The notes under the pieces are model-generated. The model was not told the DNA's origin, did no database searches, and was given only the letters and a program-made list of their open reading frames with translations. A stretch of 64,000 bases of DNA. Origin: Dicyema japonicum. Taxonomy: Eukaryota > Animalia > Dicyemida. Both the position numbers and the translations under genes were made by a program. This document shows, one piece after another, positions 62,272 to 64,000 of the stretch. Every line of letters begins with the position of its first letter. Position 1 is the stretch's first letter. The stretch is taken from contig RDEW01000047.1 in NCBI GenBank assembly GCA_011109175.1, forward strand, positions 20,324 to 84,323, read 5' to 3'.

Positions 62272-64000
62272 ATGACGGATAACAATGACCAGATAAATTA
62301 TCAAAAGATTGATATTTTTAAATTTTTTGATTTTCTGAGGGTTTTTTCCTTTCATAATTTATTGATCTTCTCAATAATAACTTTTATTTGCATCAACGGG
62401 GCGTGGAATTTGATTAGTTCAGTGTTTGTCGGATATATTCCAGAATCCTTCCATTGTCGACTACCAGGCAATCTTTGTAAATAATTTTAGAAAATGGGAC
62501 CCTTTCTGGTCACATCCCTACTAATTCCAACGGGGAGTTCGAAAACTGTTTTAAGTTTGTGATGAAAACCAACAAAATAGGGCCATGTGGTGCGGAAGGG
62601 TGGACATATGTCCATCCCTACAAACCTTCAATCACTACGAAAGTATATTTTTTGTGATTCTGACAGTTTAATGCAGTATGCGAGAGAGCTTATCTCATGA
62701 AACTTGCTGATACGACATACATGATCGGATCAATTGTAGTAGGACCATTATTGATGCCTTTCTCTGACTGGTTTGGTCGGAAATGGATTATTATTGCGCT
62801 TCTTCTTATTCAGGCTGTCTTAAACTTTGGAACACTTCTAATCACCTCCGTGGAGGCATACATTGGAATTCGTTTCTTCATAGGGATGACCAATAGAGTT
62901 GTTTTGTATGATTCACATAGATGGCCTCCAACCTTGGGTTCATATTCTTGAATGAATCCTTTTCCAAGACCCTTAGAGCCAAAGCATACATTTTAGTTAT
63001 CTCTTCGTGGAGTTTTGCGATGCTTGCTTTGGTTTTGGTTTGGTACATTGTACCGAATTGGATATATTTTCAACTATTTTTAGGAGTGGCCGGTTCAATT
63101 TCCTTTATATTCATATGGTAATTTGACCATTTTGATATTAGGGTTATGCCCGAATCCCCAGTATGGCTGATTGCAAACAAAAAATATTCGGAAGTGGTAA
63201 AGTTCATGAAGAAGACTACTAACGACCCGCAACTTTCTCTTAGTATGTTCTACAAAGATAGCCAAGACGAGTCAGAACTGATTCTAACTTTAGGGAAATT
63301 ATCCGCCCAAAAAAGCACAGTCATTTGGACCTCTTCAGAACAGCCAAGATCCGTCGACTTAGTTTCATTTTAATGTTCACGTGGTTTACTTATTGCGAAA
63401 CTCTAGGTTTGTTACCGCCATGGTCTATTTTGGACTTACCTTCTCAATTGGGAGTTTTAAGGGGAATTTTTATTTAAATATGACTCTAAACGCACTCGTG
63501 GAGATCCCCTCCTATATCCTGGCCTTAGTACTCACATCAAAGTCGTGGTTTCATATATTACTAGATTTGGAGGAAAGAAGGCAATTATCATCTCTTATTT
63601 TATCGCAGGAGTCTGCAATATTTTGGCTGCGTTTATGTTTCCCGACGTGAGTAGATATAACTTGGGGTAGCTTAGTTTCCAAAAACAATGTTGATAAGAT
63701 CGCATTAGCTTCAACAGTCGTCGGGAAGTTTGGGATCACAGCAACTTATTCCATTATTGGACTATTAACCTCTGAAGTGATGCCTACCGTCATTAGGTAG
63801 AGATTGAAATGCATTTTAGGGGCATTTCTGATGGAGTAATGAAGGCTGTTGAAGGAATTGGCGGGGTTTTAGCCACTATAATACTCGCTTCAGCAAAAGC
63901 TAAGGTTGCGGTATAAACAAGTTCAGGGTTCTATTGAAATCATGAAAAGGACATTGTTTGGCGTATTGGCAATCTTGGCTGGGATTTTTATCTTTTTTTT
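62272..64000 (+). CDS. SLC22-family organic cation/anion transporter (MFS); 3' end beyond the window
   Basis: Spliced motifs SITTKFNAVCER, SDWFGRK, PESPVWL, DLFRT..WFVTAMVYFGL, VEIPSY, GKFG, SEVMPTVIRG. Introns 62468-62490 (GC-AG), 62643-62666, 62898-62920, 63118-63141, 63271-63293, 63384-63406, 63542-63564, ~63651-63675, 63797-63819, 63905-63926. Confidence 0.92.

Overview
AT-rich eukaryotic nuclear DNA, almost certainly from an animal: it carries a classical penta-EF calpain, an SLC22 transporter and a SMAD MH2 domain. The genes are split by very small spliceosomal introns (mostly 22-28 nt, mode 23-24), which is why the ORF track is fragmentary. This fits a reduced parasite such as a myxozoan, dicyemid or orthonectid, but the taxon cannot be fixed from this window. 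Genes reconstructed by hand are a calpain (16103-18356 +), a divergent MH2-only SMAD-like gene (30211-31203 +), an unidentified multi-exon gene (~34050-36909 -), LSM7 (49187-49568 -) and an SLC22 transporter (62272 to the window end, +). There are also intron-retaining pseudogenes of a TM9SF protein and a CELF RNA-binding protein. Most of the rest is decayed mobile DNA: RTE, R4/Dong-like, CRE-like and Jockey/I-like LINEs, two SINE families, and Tigger/pogo, hAT-Buster, Merlin and Tc1-like DNA transposons. A ~6.5 kb near-identical duplication (6975-13305 vs 20813-27636) exposes filled and empty insertion sites. The main findings are: a tRNA-headed SINE whose 3' tail matches the local RTE LINE 3' UTR, with one copy carrying a different tail; a conserved, possibly HDV-ribozyme-like pseudoknot at the 5' end of RTE elements; a 47-bp hairpin-only retroinsertion with a 13-bp TSD; GC-AG micro-introns; and the MH2-only SMAD. 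All eight single Ns lie at direct-repeat junctions, so several tandem duplications are probably assembly artefacts. Family calls rest on recalled motifs, not database searches.
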